Below, in pieces: positions 30,674 through 40,204 of a stretch of 54,855 nt of DNA. Made by a program: the position numbers and the translations under genes. The notes under the pieces were generated by a model. The model was given only the letters and a program-made list of their open reading frames with translations, ran no database searches and was not told where the DNA came from. This DNA is from Gemmatimonadales bacterium (lineage in GTDB: Bacteria; Gemmatimonadota; Gemmatimonadetes; Gemmatimonadales; GWC2-71-9). The number at the start of each line of letters is the position of its first letter. The first letter of the stretch is position 1. The stretch covers positions 1 to 54,855 of the forward strand of contig JACCQZ010000065.1 in assembly GCA_013813875.1 (NCBI GenBank). The letters are read 5' to 3'.

Positions 30674-31573
30674 ATGGACATTGACAATCTGGTCGGCCGG
30701 ACGGTCGCGGGATATCACCTCGCCAAGCACATCGGTGAGGGCGGCACCGCCACGGTGTATTGCGCCGAGCATCCTGATCGCGGGCCGGCCGCGGTAAAGA
30801 TCCTCCGCTCTCGCCTGGCGGCCGATCCCATCGCGATCAAGCGCTTCCTGCGCGAAGCCGAATACGGCTCCCGGGTGAGCCATCCCAACATCGTCCGCAC
30901 CTACGATTTCGGCGAGACGGATGGGCTGCACTATCTAGCGCTCGAATGGGCCCAGGGCGAGCCGCTGGCGGAATTCGTGAACCGGTCGGGCAAGCTCGCG
31001 CCGCCGCTGGTGGCTATGATCGTAGAGCAACTGAGCAGCGCGCTCACCGTGGCGCACCGCAAAGGCATCATCCATCGCGATCTCAAGCCCGCCAACATCA
31101 TGTACGATCCCGTCGAGCGCACGGCCAAGCTGCTCGACTTCGGAATCGCTCGGGACTCGGAACTGAACCCTGAGGAGCGGCTCACCCGGGCGGGCTTTTT
31201 TGTGGGCACCCTGCAGTACGTGGCTCCCGAAACCTTGAGCGGTGAGCTGGTGAGCGAACAGGCGGACGTCTACAGCCTGGCAACGATCACCTACTTTCTG
31301 CTCAGCCAAACCCTCCCCTTTGCCGGAAAAAGCCCTAGGGAGTTGTTTCAGCAACTACTCACCCAGCCCCCGATTCCGCTCAACCAGGCGGTCAAAGGGC
31401 TCCGCTTCCCGTCCGCCGTCGAAGAGGCCGTCATGCGGGGCCTCGAGCGCGATCTCACCCGGCGATTCAAGACGGTTGACGAATTCAGCGAAGCCTTCTG
31501 CACGGCCGTCCGCAACGAGCGAGCCGAGAAGGGGGGCTTTCTGGCGTCATTCTTCAGGAAAAGCAGGAGGTGA
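30674..31573 (+). CDS. Serine/threonine protein kinase (kinase domain only)
   Basis: 299 aa. GEGGTATVY (G-loop), AAVKIL (catalytic Lys), HRDLKPANIM, LLDFGIAR, YVAPE. Confidence 0.85.
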   Translation: MDIDNLVGRTVAGYHLAKHIGEGGTATVYCAEHPDRGPAAVKILRSRLAADPIAIKRFLREAEYGSRVSHPNIVRTYDFGETDGLHYLALEWAQGEPLAEFVNRSGKLAPPLVAMIVEQLSSALTVAHRKGIIHRDLKPANIMYDPVERTAKLLDFGIARDSELNPEERLTRAGFFVGTLQYVAPETLSGELVSEQADVYSLATITYFLLSQTLPFAGKSPRELFQQLLTQPPIPLNQAVKGLRFPSAVEEAVMRGLERDLTRRFKTVDEFSEAFCTAVRNERAEKGGFLASFFRKSRR

Positions 31574-32121
31574 ACGACGCAGGAGAGGCGTTGCGCCGGC
31601 TGCTACTCCAGCGGTCGGTGCGGCGAGGCGATTTTCTGTTGGCCTCGGGAGCGCGCTCTTCCTACTACATAGATTGCCGCCTCACCACCATGAGCGCGGA
31701 GGGAATGGTTCTGGTGGGGCGTCTGGGATGGGAGGCGATCAGAGCCGCGGGGTGGAGAGCAACTGCGGTTGGCGGACTGACCATGGGCGCCGACCCGGTG
31801 GCCTACGCCGTGGCGGCAGCCAGCCACGGCACCAGTCTGGAGATAGATGCGTTCAGCGTGCGGAAGGAAGCCAAAGGGCACGGAACCGGGCGGCTGATCG
31901 AGGGGAACTTCAGGGCAGGGGAAGAGGTGGTGATCGTGGAGGACGTGATCACCTCGGGGGGATCCGCCCAACGGGCGATCGCGGCGGTGGAGGACGCCGG
32001 TGGGAGAGTCGTGGGAGTGCTCGCGCTGGTGGATCGAGAGCAGGGGGGCAGGGAAGTGCTGGCAGCTGGGGGGCATTCAGTAATATCAATGATCACCTCG
32101 ACTCAACTCGGGCTGATATAG
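31570..32121 (+). CDS. pyrE: Orotate phosphoribosyltransferase
   Basis: 183 aa. GDFLLASGARSSYYIDCR..., VVIVEDVITSGGS (PRPP motif). The GTG start overlaps the kinase stop (GTGA). Confidence 0.85.
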   Translation: MNDAGEALRRLLLQRSVRRGDFLLASGARSSYYIDCRLTTMSAEGMVLVGRLGWEAIRAAGWRATAVGGLTMGADPVAYAVAAASHGTSLEIDAFSVRKEAKGHGTGRLIEGNFRAGEEVVIVEDVITSGGSAQRAIAAVEDAGGRVVGVLALVDREQGGREVLAAGGHSVISMITSTQLGLI

Positions 32122-32182
32122 TCCGGTCCTGTAGCTGCCGGCGACTTGCAGGCAGCTCATTAACGCAGCAGGGAGGGTGGCA

Positions 32183-32341
32183 GTGACAAAGCGGAACTAC
32201 CAACACGAGAAGCGCAAGAAAGATCTGGACAAGAAACAGAAGAAGGAGGACAAGAAACAGCGCAAACTGGAGAAGCACGCCGCCCAGGCCAAGGACGCTC
32301 CGGATCAGGCGCCCGATGCCGGGGAGGCGGTTCCCGCGTAA
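32183..32341 (+). CDS. Small Lys/Glu-rich basic protein (52 aa), hypothetical
   Basis: Below the ORF-track cut-off. GGGAGGG sits 5 nt upstream of GTG 32183. Translates VTKRNYQHEKRKKDLDKKQKKEDKKQRKLEKHAAQAKDAPDQAPDAGEAVPA*. The antisense 61-aa Leu-rich ORF is considered its mirror artefact. Confidence 0.45.
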   Translation: MTKRNYQHEKRKKDLDKKQKKEDKKQRKLEKHAAQAKDAPDQAPDAGEAVPA

Positions 32342-32373
32342 GTGTACGGACGGCCTCTGCCCTGATTCGGACG

Positions 32374-33387
32374 CTACGGCACCGACAACCTCCCAATGGT
32401 GTTCCGGTCAGTGCCGAACCAGATCTCCCTGGTCGGAGCATGGAACACCATGTGGCGGATTGTGTTGGGAGAGTTCCCGCCACCCACCGCGACGCTGTCG
32501 GTGAATTTCCGGCTCCTGGTATCAAAGGCCACGAGGCGGTTGGGTTGCACGCCCGTTTCCGCCAACCACACCCGGTCGCGGTCGTCCGCGGCCACTGCAT
32601 AGGGCAGCGCTCGGGCCCCCGAGGGCATCACAAACTCCTCCGCCTTTCCCGTCGCCGGATCGAGCCGGCCGATGTAGCCGCGCGCATAGTCACCGTACCA
32701 GACCGCTCCATCCGCGGTGCTGGCGTGCCGACGAGGCCGAGCCCCCTCCGGCAGAGGGTATCGCGAGAGCTTCATGGTCTCCGGGTTGATCGCGGCCAGC
32801 GCATTGGTGCCGAAGAGGTCAATCCACACCCGCTGGCGCTGGTCAACGCTGATGCCGTAGGGCCGGGTGCCCTCGCCGGTTTGCCAGAACCGGATCTTTC
32901 CGGTGGCGATGTCGAGCCGCCCGACCACCGCCGCCTGCTGAGCGGTGAACCAGGGGTTACCGGCACCGTCCAGAATCATGGTGTGCGGGTCGTCCACCGT
33001 CGCGTCCGGCATGGGGAAGTCGGTGAGCTTCCTGCTGGCGGGGTCAAGGCGCACCAGGCGGCCATTGCGGTTGCCGGTGAACCACACCGATCCCTTGGAG
33101 TCCACGACCAGATTGTGGGGATGGGTACCGGGCTCGATCTCGTAGCGCTCGAACTTTCCGCTCCGAGGCTCGAGGTAGGCCACGTAATCGCCCGCCTGAC
33201 CGACGAACCAGGCGCGCCCCTTCTGATCAACGTAGGGATCCCGGGGCCGGCTATCCGGCCAGGGTACGGTCCACTCGTTCAACTCGGGGGGCGCGGCCGG
33301 AAGGGAAGCGGGGTCCGGATTCCGCGGCGAGGCAAGGGCCACCAGTCCGGCTAGAGTCAGCGGGGCTATGGCGTAAGTCAGCGTCAT
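32374..33387 (-). CDS. Secreted beta-propeller protein, virginiamycin B lyase (Vgb)-like family
   Basis: 337 aa with a signal peptide. Has repeated ~40-aa blades (..HPHNLVVDSKGSVWFTGNRNGRLVRLDP.., ..RPYGISVDQRQRVWIDLFGTNALAAINP.., ..VWYGDYARGYIGRLDP..). Confidence 0.6.
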   Translation of the reverse strand: MTLTYAIAPLTLAGLVALASPRNPDPASLPAAPPELNEWTVPWPDSRPRDPYVDQKGRAWFVGQAGDYVAYLEPRSGKFERYEIEPGTHPHNLVVDSKGSVWFTGNRNGRLVRLDPASRKLTDFPMPDATVDDPHTMILDGAGNPWFTAQQAAVVGRLDIATGKIRFWQTGEGTRPYGISVDQRQRVWIDLFGTNALAAINPETMKLSRYPLPEGARPRRHASTADGAVWYGDYARGYIGRLDPATGKAEEFVMPSGARALPYAVAADDRDRVWLAETGVQPNRLVAFDTRSRKFTDSVAVGGGNSPNTIRHMVFHAPTREIWFGTDRNTIGRLSVP

Positions 33388-33526
33388 CGTGGGTTCCTCC
33401 TATGGTGCATGCGGCTGATACCGAAGCGTAGAAGGGGGAGCCTGTGGATAGCAACCTTTTGCGCCTTTGTCTCGTCAAACTTCGATCGTCACCGCACCGT
33501 CTCGGCCTGCCTCTGCGAGCGCTTTC

Positions 33527-35974
33527 ATGGACACTCTGCTCCAAGATCTCCGCTACAGCTTCCGGCGCCTTCTCAAGAGCCCGGTCTTCACCATCATCGT
33601 GGTCCTCACTCTGGCGCTCGGCATCGGCGCCAACACCGCCATTTTCAGCGCGGTGAACGCCGTCCTGCTCCGGCCGCTGCCCTATCGCGAGCCCGAGCGG
33701 CTGGTGACCATCGAGCATCTTTACCCTTCGCTCGGCGGGTTGCAGGCGCCGGTGTCGGCTCCGGGGTTCCGGGACTACCAGGAGCGGACCCGCTCCTTCC
33801 AGTCCATGTCGGTCCAGAGCAGCTGGGCCGCCAACCTGACTGGAGTCGGTGAGCCGGTCCGGCTCCAGGGGGCACGGGTCACCGGCCGCTTCTTCGGAAC
33901 TCTCCAGGCGCCGGCCCTGGTGGGCCGGACCCTCCAGCCGGGAGAGGACAGCGTGGGGCGCGAGCACGTGGTGGTGTTGAGCCACGGAGTGTGGCAGCGG
34001 CTCTTCGGCGCTGACCCGGGCGTGGTCGGCCGCTCGCTCTCACTCAACGGGGAGAGCTACCAGGTGGTCGGGGTGATGCCAGCCGACTTTCGGGACTTCT
34101 TCAATCGAAACCTGGAGATCTGGGCCCCGCTGGTGTTCGATGCCGAGCAGTTGAGCGACGAGAACCGCACCAGCGAGTCGCTCAACCTTATCGCCCGGGT
34201 CCGGCAGGGTGTTACGCTGGAGCAGGCAGCGGGGGAGGTGCGCACCCTCGCCGAACAGCTCAAGCGGCAGTACCAGGATCAATACCTGGAGGATTGGAGT
34301 CTCGTCCTCACCCCGCTCAGCCTCAAGGCGACCGGCAATATCCGCCCCGCACTCCTCCTGCTGCTGGGCGCCGTCGGCTTCGTGCTGCTCATCGCCTGCG
34401 CCAATGTCGCCAACCTTCTACTCTCCCGAGCTGCCGCCCGCAGCAAGGAGATCGCGGTCCGCACCGCGCTGGGCGCTACTCGCGAGCGCCTGGTCCGCCA
34501 GCTTCTCACCGAGAGCGTCCTGCTCTCGCTCACGGGAGGCGCCATCGGACTGCTGCTGGCCTGGTGGGGGGTGCGCTCGCTGGTAGCGCTCAATCCGACG
34601 AACCTGCCCCGATCCGAGGAGATCGGGGTGGATGGGACAGTGGCGCTCTTTACCTTCGTGGTGTCCATCGTCACCGGACTGCTCTTCGGCCTGGTCCCCG
34701 CGCTCCACACCTCCACCACCGACCTGCAGACCACGCTGAAGGAGGGCGGGAGGGGCAGCGCCGGCGACCGGGGGAGCCAGGCGATCCGCCGCACATTGGT
34801 CGTAGCCGAGGTCGCGCTGGCGCTGACGCTGCTCACCGGCGCCGGGCTCCTCATGAAGAGCTTCACCCGGCTGCAGGGCGTGGACCCCGGGTTCGACCCC
34901 AACGATCTGCTCACCTTCAATCTGTCGTTGCCCGAGGCTCGCTACCCCGCCGACACCCAGCAAATCGCCTTCTTCGAGCAGGCGCTGCCGGCCCTTGGAC
35001 GGGTGCCTGGAGTGCGTTCGGTGGGCGCGACGTCGGTGATGCCGTTCGGCGGGTCCTGGTCTACCGGCATCTTCGAGGTCGAGGGCTATCAGCCGGCGGA
35101 GAATCAGCCGGCTCCCTGGGGCGACATCCGGATCGTGAGCCCGGGGTTTTTCGAGACGCTGCGCATCCCGCTGTTGAAGGGCCGGCTCCTCACCGATCAG
35201 GATCGCGAGGGGGCGCCTCCAGTGGCGGTCATAGACGAGGAGCTCGTGCGCCGCTACTGGCCCGCCGTGGATCCCATCGGCAAGCGCATTACCTTCGGGC
35301 CGCCCGAGGGGGTCACCGACACCACCGCGCGTGAATGGATCGAGGTAGTGGGGGTCGTCGGGCACACCAAGCACGAGGGACTCGACGCCGAGTCGCGGGT
35401 CCAGCTCTATCTCCCCTTTCGCCAGGCGGGACTGCCATTCCTCGCCGTAGCGGTGCGGACCGCCGGCGATCCCGGCCGCTACGTCAACCTGGTGCGCAAC
35501 GCGGTGCGCTCGGTGGATCCCGACCAGCCGATCTCCGGCATTAACACGATGAGCGAGCTGGTCTCCCAGTCGGTCGGACCGCGCCGGCTCTCGATGCTGC
35601 TGCTGAGCCTCTTCTCCGGGATCGCGCTGGTGCTCGCCTTGATCGGCATCTATGGCGTGATGAGCTACTCGGTGGCGTTGCGCTCCCGCGAGCTCGGGGT
35701 CCGCATCGCGCTCGGCGCCGGACGAAACGACGTGCTGCGCCTGGTGCTCCGCCAGGGCATGTCGCTCGCGCTGCTCGGGATCGGGATCGGAGTGGTCACG
35801 GCGTTCGGTCTCACCCGGCTGATCCAGAGTCAGCTCTATGGCGTGCGCGCCAGCGATCCAGGCACATTTCTCGGCGTAGCTCTTCTGCTGGCCACCACGG
35901 CGCTGGTGGCCAATCTGGTGCCGGCGCTACGGGCCACCCGGGTTGATCCGGCAGTGGTGTTGAGAGACGAGTAG
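33527..35974 (+). CDS. ADOP-family duplicated ABC permease (MacB-like periplasmic domain plus FtsX, twice)
   Basis: Starts MDTLLQDLRYSFRRLLKSPVFTIIVVLTLALGIGANTAIFS, the characteristic ADOP N-terminus. Two FtsX-like 4-TM blocks. ATG at 33527. Confidence 0.85.
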   Translation: MDTLLQDLRYSFRRLLKSPVFTIIVVLTLALGIGANTAIFSAVNAVLLRPLPYREPERLVTIEHLYPSLGGLQAPVSAPGFRDYQERTRSFQSMSVQSSWAANLTGVGEPVRLQGARVTGRFFGTLQAPALVGRTLQPGEDSVGREHVVVLSHGVWQRLFGADPGVVGRSLSLNGESYQVVGVMPADFRDFFNRNLEIWAPLVFDAEQLSDENRTSESLNLIARVRQGVTLEQAAGEVRTLAEQLKRQYQDQYLEDWSLVLTPLSLKATGNIRPALLLLLGAVGFVLLIACANVANLLLSRAAARSKEIAVRTALGATRERLVRQLLTESVLLSLTGGAIGLLLAWWGVRSLVALNPTNLPRSEEIGVDGTVALFTFVVSIVTGLLFGLVPALHTSTTDLQTTLKEGGRGSAGDRGSQAIRRTLVVAEVALALTLLTGAGLLMKSFTRLQGVDPGFDPNDLLTFNLSLPEARYPADTQQIAFFEQALPALGRVPGVRSVGATSVMPFGGSWSTGIFEVEGYQPAENQPAPWGDIRIVSPGFFETLRIPLLKGRLLTDQDREGAPPVAVIDEELVRRYWPAVDPIGKRITFGPPEGVTDTTAREWIEVVGVVGHTKHEGLDAESRVQLYLPFRQAGLPFLAVAVRTAGDPGRYVNLVRNAVRSVDPDQPISGINTMSELVSQSVGPRRLSMLLLSLFSGIALVLALIGIYGVMSYSVALRSRELGVRIALGAGRNDVLRLVLRQGMSLALLGIGIGVVTAFGLTRLIQSQLYGVRASDPGTFLGVALLLATTALVANLVPALRATRVDPAVVLRDE

Positions 35975-36031
35975 GGAAGGGGAGCGCGCCTGACCACCTA
36001 CGCCCGCCGGCTGGGGCTATTCTCCAGCGCC

Positions 36032-37294
36032 ATGGCTGTCATCGGCGGGATCATCGGCGGCGGCATCTTCCGCACCCCCGCTACGGTGGCCGAGCGACTG
36101 GGCTCGCCGGTGCTCACGCTCGCGGCATGGGTCGTGGGCGGGGCGATCGCGCTGGCTGGAGCTCTCTGCTTCGGCGAGCTGGGGCAGCGGCGGCCCCGGG
36201 CGGGCGGCGGCTACGTGTACCTGCGGGAAGCGTGGGGTCCGCTGCCGGCCTTCCTCTACGGATGGGCGCTGCTGCTGGTAGTGGCCACCGGAGCCATCGC
36301 CGCGGTCGCGGTGACCTTCGCCAGTTACGCGCTCGCGCTTACTGGGCTCGGTGAGGGATTCACCGCTCCCGTGGCGGTGGGATCCATCGCATTTCTGGCC
36401 GCCGTGAACTATCTCGGCGTCAAGCCCGGCGCCGTCACCCAGAATATCTTCACCCTGCTCAAGCTCGCCGCCCTGGCGGCGCTGATCGTGACCGGGCTCG
36501 CCGTAGGACTCCCCTCCCTCCCTGCCACCGCTGCCGCCGCCACACCTGCGGGGTTCGGCGCCGCTCTGGTCCCGATCCTCTTTACCTACGGCGGGTGGCA
36601 GCAGACCAACTTCATCGCCGAAGAGATGATCGAGCCGGAACGCAACCTGCCGCGCGCGCTGGTGCTTGGGGTGGCCGTCGTCGTCGCGGTCTACCTGCTG
36701 GCCAACCTCGCCTATCTCCGGGTGCTGGGCTCAGCGGGACTGGCCGCGAGCACGGCGCCGGCGGCTGACGTGATGCACACGCTGCTGGGCCCCGTCGGCG
36801 GCACCCTCATGGCGGCGGGCATCGCGGCATCCACCTTCGGCTTTCTCAACCTGGTGATTCTGGTGACCCCACGGGTGCTTCAGGCGATGGCCGCTGATGG
36901 CGTATTCTTGCCCCGGCTGGCGCGGCTGCACCCGGTATACCGCACTCCCGGGGCGGCCATCGTCGCTCTCGCGGCCTGGGCGATCGTGCTCACGCTCTCC
37001 GGGAGTTTCAGCCAGTTGGTGGACTACGTGGCATTCGCCGATTGGATCTTCTTCGGCCTCACCGTCGCCGGGCTGTTCGTCTATCGTTCGCGGGACAAGC
37101 AGGGCGGCCTCACCGCCGGGACATCTGGGCAGTTCCGAGTACCGGGCTATCCCTGGACGCCGGCGCTCTTCGTCGCGGCGGCGCTATTCGTGGTGGGGAG
37201 CTCGATCGTGGCCAACCCGGGCAACGCGCTGATCGGCACCGGACTGCTCGGTCTCGGGGTGCCGGTCTATCTCTACTGGAAGCGCCGCCAGTAA
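36032..37294 (+). CDS. APC-family amino acid permease
   Basis: 12-TM pattern with ..GGIIGGGIFRTPA.. near the N-terminus. Conserved-looking residues (LTTYARRLGLFSSA) lie upstream of the first ATG, so the real start may be CTG 35990 (see findings). Confidence 0.8.
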   Translation: MAVIGGIIGGGIFRTPATVAERLGSPVLTLAAWVVGGAIALAGALCFGELGQRRPRAGGGYVYLREAWGPLPAFLYGWALLLVVATGAIAAVAVTFASYALALTGLGEGFTAPVAVGSIAFLAAVNYLGVKPGAVTQNIFTLLKLAALAALIVTGLAVGLPSLPATAAAATPAGFGAALVPILFTYGGWQQTNFIAEEMIEPERNLPRALVLGVAVVVAVYLLANLAYLRVLGSAGLAASTAPAADVMHTLLGPVGGTLMAAGIAASTFGFLNLVILVTPRVLQAMAADGVFLPRLARLHPVYRTPGAAIVALAAWAIVLTLSGSFSQLVDYVAFADWIFFGLTVAGLFVYRSRDKQGGLTAGTSGQFRVPGYPWTPALFVAAALFVVGSSIVANPGNALIGTGLLGLGVPVYLYWKRRQ

Positions 37295-37363
37295 TCCGAG
37301 CGGTCCTCGCCCGCCGGCAGATTGCGCTTACCTTTCGCTCCATCCAATCATCCGAGGACCCGC

Positions 37364-38839
37364 ATGCGTACCCCGCTCGTTGCCGCACTCTCCCTTGCCA
37401 TGCCGGCCGTCCTGGCGGCCCAGACTATCCCCCCGCCCGAGTACGCCGCTCGCCGCGACTCGCTGGCGCAGCGCATGGACAGCGGGGTAGTGGTGGCCTT
37501 CGGAGGAGCGAACCCGGTCGGCAGCGAACGCTTCGCCCAGCTGCCGGCGTTCCGCTATCTGACCGGCTTCCTCGAGCCTGATGCCGCTCTCGTGCTGGTA
37601 ATCCGAGGTGAGAAGCCCACGGGCACGTTGTTTACCCAGCCGCGGGATCCGCGCCGCGCGCTCTACGACGGTTTCCCGCCCGATTCAGCCGCAGTGGCCC
37701 GGCGCACCGGGTTGAGGGCGCGATCGTTCGCCGCGCTGACTCCGGTACTCGACTCGCTGGCGAGCTCCGGCCTGCCGTTCTACACCATCCGCGATTTCAC
37801 TACCGCCGACTACGCCGCGGAAGACTCGCTCACCCGAGGGGCCGGCTACATGCGAGCCTTTGCCGCGCGTCACGGCGGGCTGGAGCTGCGCGACGCACAC
37901 CCGGTCCTCGACAGTCTGCGATCCCGAAAGAGTTCCGCGGAGCTGGCGATGCTTCGGCGGGCGATTGATCTCACCGTGGCGGCGCAGCGCGAAGTGATGC
38001 GGACGATCCGGCCCGGGATGTGGGAGTACGAGATCGAAGCGCTGTTCCAGGGCGCATTCCGCCGGGGCGGGGGCGACGGGGCGGCGTTCGTCTCAATCAT
38101 CGGATCGGGACCCAACTCCACTCAGTATCACTACAATGCCAACGACCGCCGGATGGCGGCGGGCGAAGTGGTCGTGATGGATGTGGGAGCGGCATTCGGC
38201 GGTTACGCAGCCGACGTGACCCGCACCGTGCCCGTCAGCGGCCGCTATACCCCGGACCAGCGGGCGGTCTATCAGATCGTGCGAGACGCACAGGCCGCCG
38301 CGGAGCGAGTGGTTCGTCCCGGATCGTCATTCGAGGCCTGGCGGGAGGCGGCACGGGTCGTGGTTGCCCGGGGCGTCGCGCGACTCGGACTGACCGAAGG
38401 GGTGGACGCCACTTTCGATCCGCCCTGGGCCGACCAGTGCGGCAAGGATCCGCTCCGCTGCAATCAGGCATTTCTCTACATGGCACACGGTCTGGGACAC
38501 GGGATCGGACTCGAGGTTCACGACCGGCCGCATCCCTGGTATGGTGCCGGAACCTTCGCGGAGGGAGACGTCTTCAGCATCGAGCCCGGAGTGTACGTCA
38601 GCACCCGACTGCTCGAGATGCTGCCCGACACTCCGAAGAATCGCAAGATGATCGCCAAGGTCCGCGGGGCGGTGCGGCGCTACCAGAATATCGGCGTCAG
38701 AATCGAGGATGACTACGTGGTGACCGGGAGCGGGTTGGAGTGGGTTTCTCGGGCTCCCCGGGAGCCGGACGAGATCGAGGCCGAAATGGCCCGGCCGCGG
38801 CCATCCGCTCTACTGGAGGTCCCCCGGCAGTCGCGGTGA
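37364..38839 (+). CDS. Xaa-Pro aminopeptidase (M24B, aminopeptidase P family), secreted
   Basis: Signal peptide MRTPLVAALSLAMPAVLAAQ. M24 metal ligands in VVVMDVGAAFGGYAADVTRT, HGLGHGIGLEVHD, FSIEPG, VRIEDD. Confidence 0.8.
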   Translation: MRTPLVAALSLAMPAVLAAQTIPPPEYAARRDSLAQRMDSGVVVAFGGANPVGSERFAQLPAFRYLTGFLEPDAALVLVIRGEKPTGTLFTQPRDPRRALYDGFPPDSAAVARRTGLRARSFAALTPVLDSLASSGLPFYTIRDFTTADYAAEDSLTRGAGYMRAFAARHGGLELRDAHPVLDSLRSRKSSAELAMLRRAIDLTVAAQREVMRTIRPGMWEYEIEALFQGAFRRGGGDGAAFVSIIGSGPNSTQYHYNANDRRMAAGEVVVMDVGAAFGGYAADVTRTVPVSGRYTPDQRAVYQIVRDAQAAAERVVRPGSSFEAWREAARVVVARGVARLGLTEGVDATFDPPWADQCGKDPLRCNQAFLYMAHGLGHGIGLEVHDRPHPWYGAGTFAEGDVFSIEPGVYVSTRLLEMLPDTPKNRKMIAKVRGAVRRYQNIGVRIEDDYVVTGSGLEWVSRAPREPDEIEAEMARPRPSALLEVPRQSR

Positions 38840-40102
38840 GGCGAGGAGCGCACCGAACACACGCCAGCGGTCCACGGCCGACGCCCCGGCCGCCCGCTCG
38901 ACCCAGCGCGCTACCAGGTCCCGGCCCAGGTTGTAGTTGATCACGTAGCTGCGGTAGGTATCAATGAACCGGAGGGTCTTGGCGGCCGCATCGGGAGCCT
39001 GCAGCCAGTACCGCTGCATGGCCGCTACGGCGCCGGCGGAGTCCATCTGGCCGTCGAGATAGCGGCGGGCCACCTCGTTCCGCGCGTAGTTCAGCCCCTC
39101 CATGGCCGTACGCACCTCGGCGTTCAGCTCGGCGAGCTTCGGGTCCAGGCCGGTCAGAGGAAACAGCGAGTCCCGCTCGTACGCGGTGCGCTCGGCGCCG
39201 GGAAACGCAATGTCAATGCCGTAGTTGGCGCTTCCCTCGGCGATGAGCGACTGGGGGCTGAAGAGAGGATAGACCGAGAACTCGATCCAGCCCCGATCGC
39301 GCACCAGCGCTTGTTCCAACGCCGCATTGTACACGTGGTGGCCGGGATAGCCCTCGTGGCAGGCCAGGTCCACCGCCCGGTCCACGGCGATCGGAAAGTC
39401 CAGATTCACCTGGATGAGGCTGCGGAAGTTTCCCTGGTACCAGTTGTAGGCGTTCCACGGCGTGCCGGTGACGTACTCCAGAGCAAAGCGCTCGCCGTCG
39501 GGCAACGAAAGTCGCTGGAGAGTGCGCGCACGGCAGGCGGCGATCGCGGTCTTGAAGACCGTATCCACCCGCTCCTTCGGGATCATGACCCGGTTTCTGA
39601 AACGCTGATAGCGCACGGCGAGCGGCTGGCGCCCGGGCAGAATGGAGTCGAGTCGGGCGAGCAGAGAGTCGAAATGCGCGTCGCTGTAGCGGGGTGGCGT
39701 GACGTCGTAGAGCGCCCGCGCCTCTTGATCGAAGGTGAGCCGCTCTCCTGCCAGCATGCGGGCCCGCGCCGCCATCGAGGCCAGCTGGGTGCGCAGGTAT
39801 CGGTGGCGGAGAGCCAGGAGCGAATCGGCGTACTCCGGCGTGCTGTCTCCCAGCGCGGCAACGAGCGACTCGGCCGCCGCGCGTACCTCACCGACGGTGA
39901 GCGATTCCGCTTCGGCCGCAACCCGCAGGGAATCGGGACCATAAAAGGCATCAACGTAGTTGGCATCGTGCCGGCCGAGTGCCAGGGCCAGCCGCACGTA
40001 GCGATGGGCAACCGGGTCGAGCCCGGCAGGATCAGGGGCCGGCGCCGACGGCCGGCACGCGGCGAGACAGAGCAGGACCGCAAGACGGGGGTGCAGTGGC
40101 AT
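38810..40102 (-). CDS. DUF885-like putative metallopeptidase lipoprotein
   Basis: 430 aa with lipobox LLCLAAC. ..ACHEGYPGHHVYN.. resembles the HExxPGHH motif of DUF885. It is shorter than typical DUF885 proteins, so the family call is tentative. It overlaps the convergent pepP-like gene by 30 nt. Confidence 0.5.
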   Translation of the reverse strand: MPLHPRLAVLLCLAACRPSAPAPDPAGLDPVAHRYVRLALALGRHDANYVDAFYGPDSLRVAAEAESLTVGEVRAAAESLVAALGDSTPEYADSLLALRHRYLRTQLASMAARARMLAGERLTFDQEARALYDVTPPRYSDAHFDSLLARLDSILPGRQPLAVRYQRFRNRVMIPKERVDTVFKTAIAACRARTLQRLSLPDGERFALEYVTGTPWNAYNWYQGNFRSLIQVNLDFPIAVDRAVDLACHEGYPGHHVYNAALEQALVRDRGWIEFSVYPLFSPQSLIAEGSANYGIDIAFPGAERTAYERDSLFPLTGLDPKLAELNAEVRTAMEGLNYARNEVARRYLDGQMDSAGAVAAMQRYWLQAPDAAAKTLRFIDTYRSYVINYNLGRDLVARWVERAAGASAVDRWRVFGALLASPRLPGDLQ

Positions 40103-40204
40103 GCCTGCAAGGTAACCGTGGCAAACGCGCCCGCTGTTCCACCTGTAGATCAGATACGGCGACCGCGACCGCGGCTACGCCGGCACCTCAGAACGGAGAG
40201 TCAC

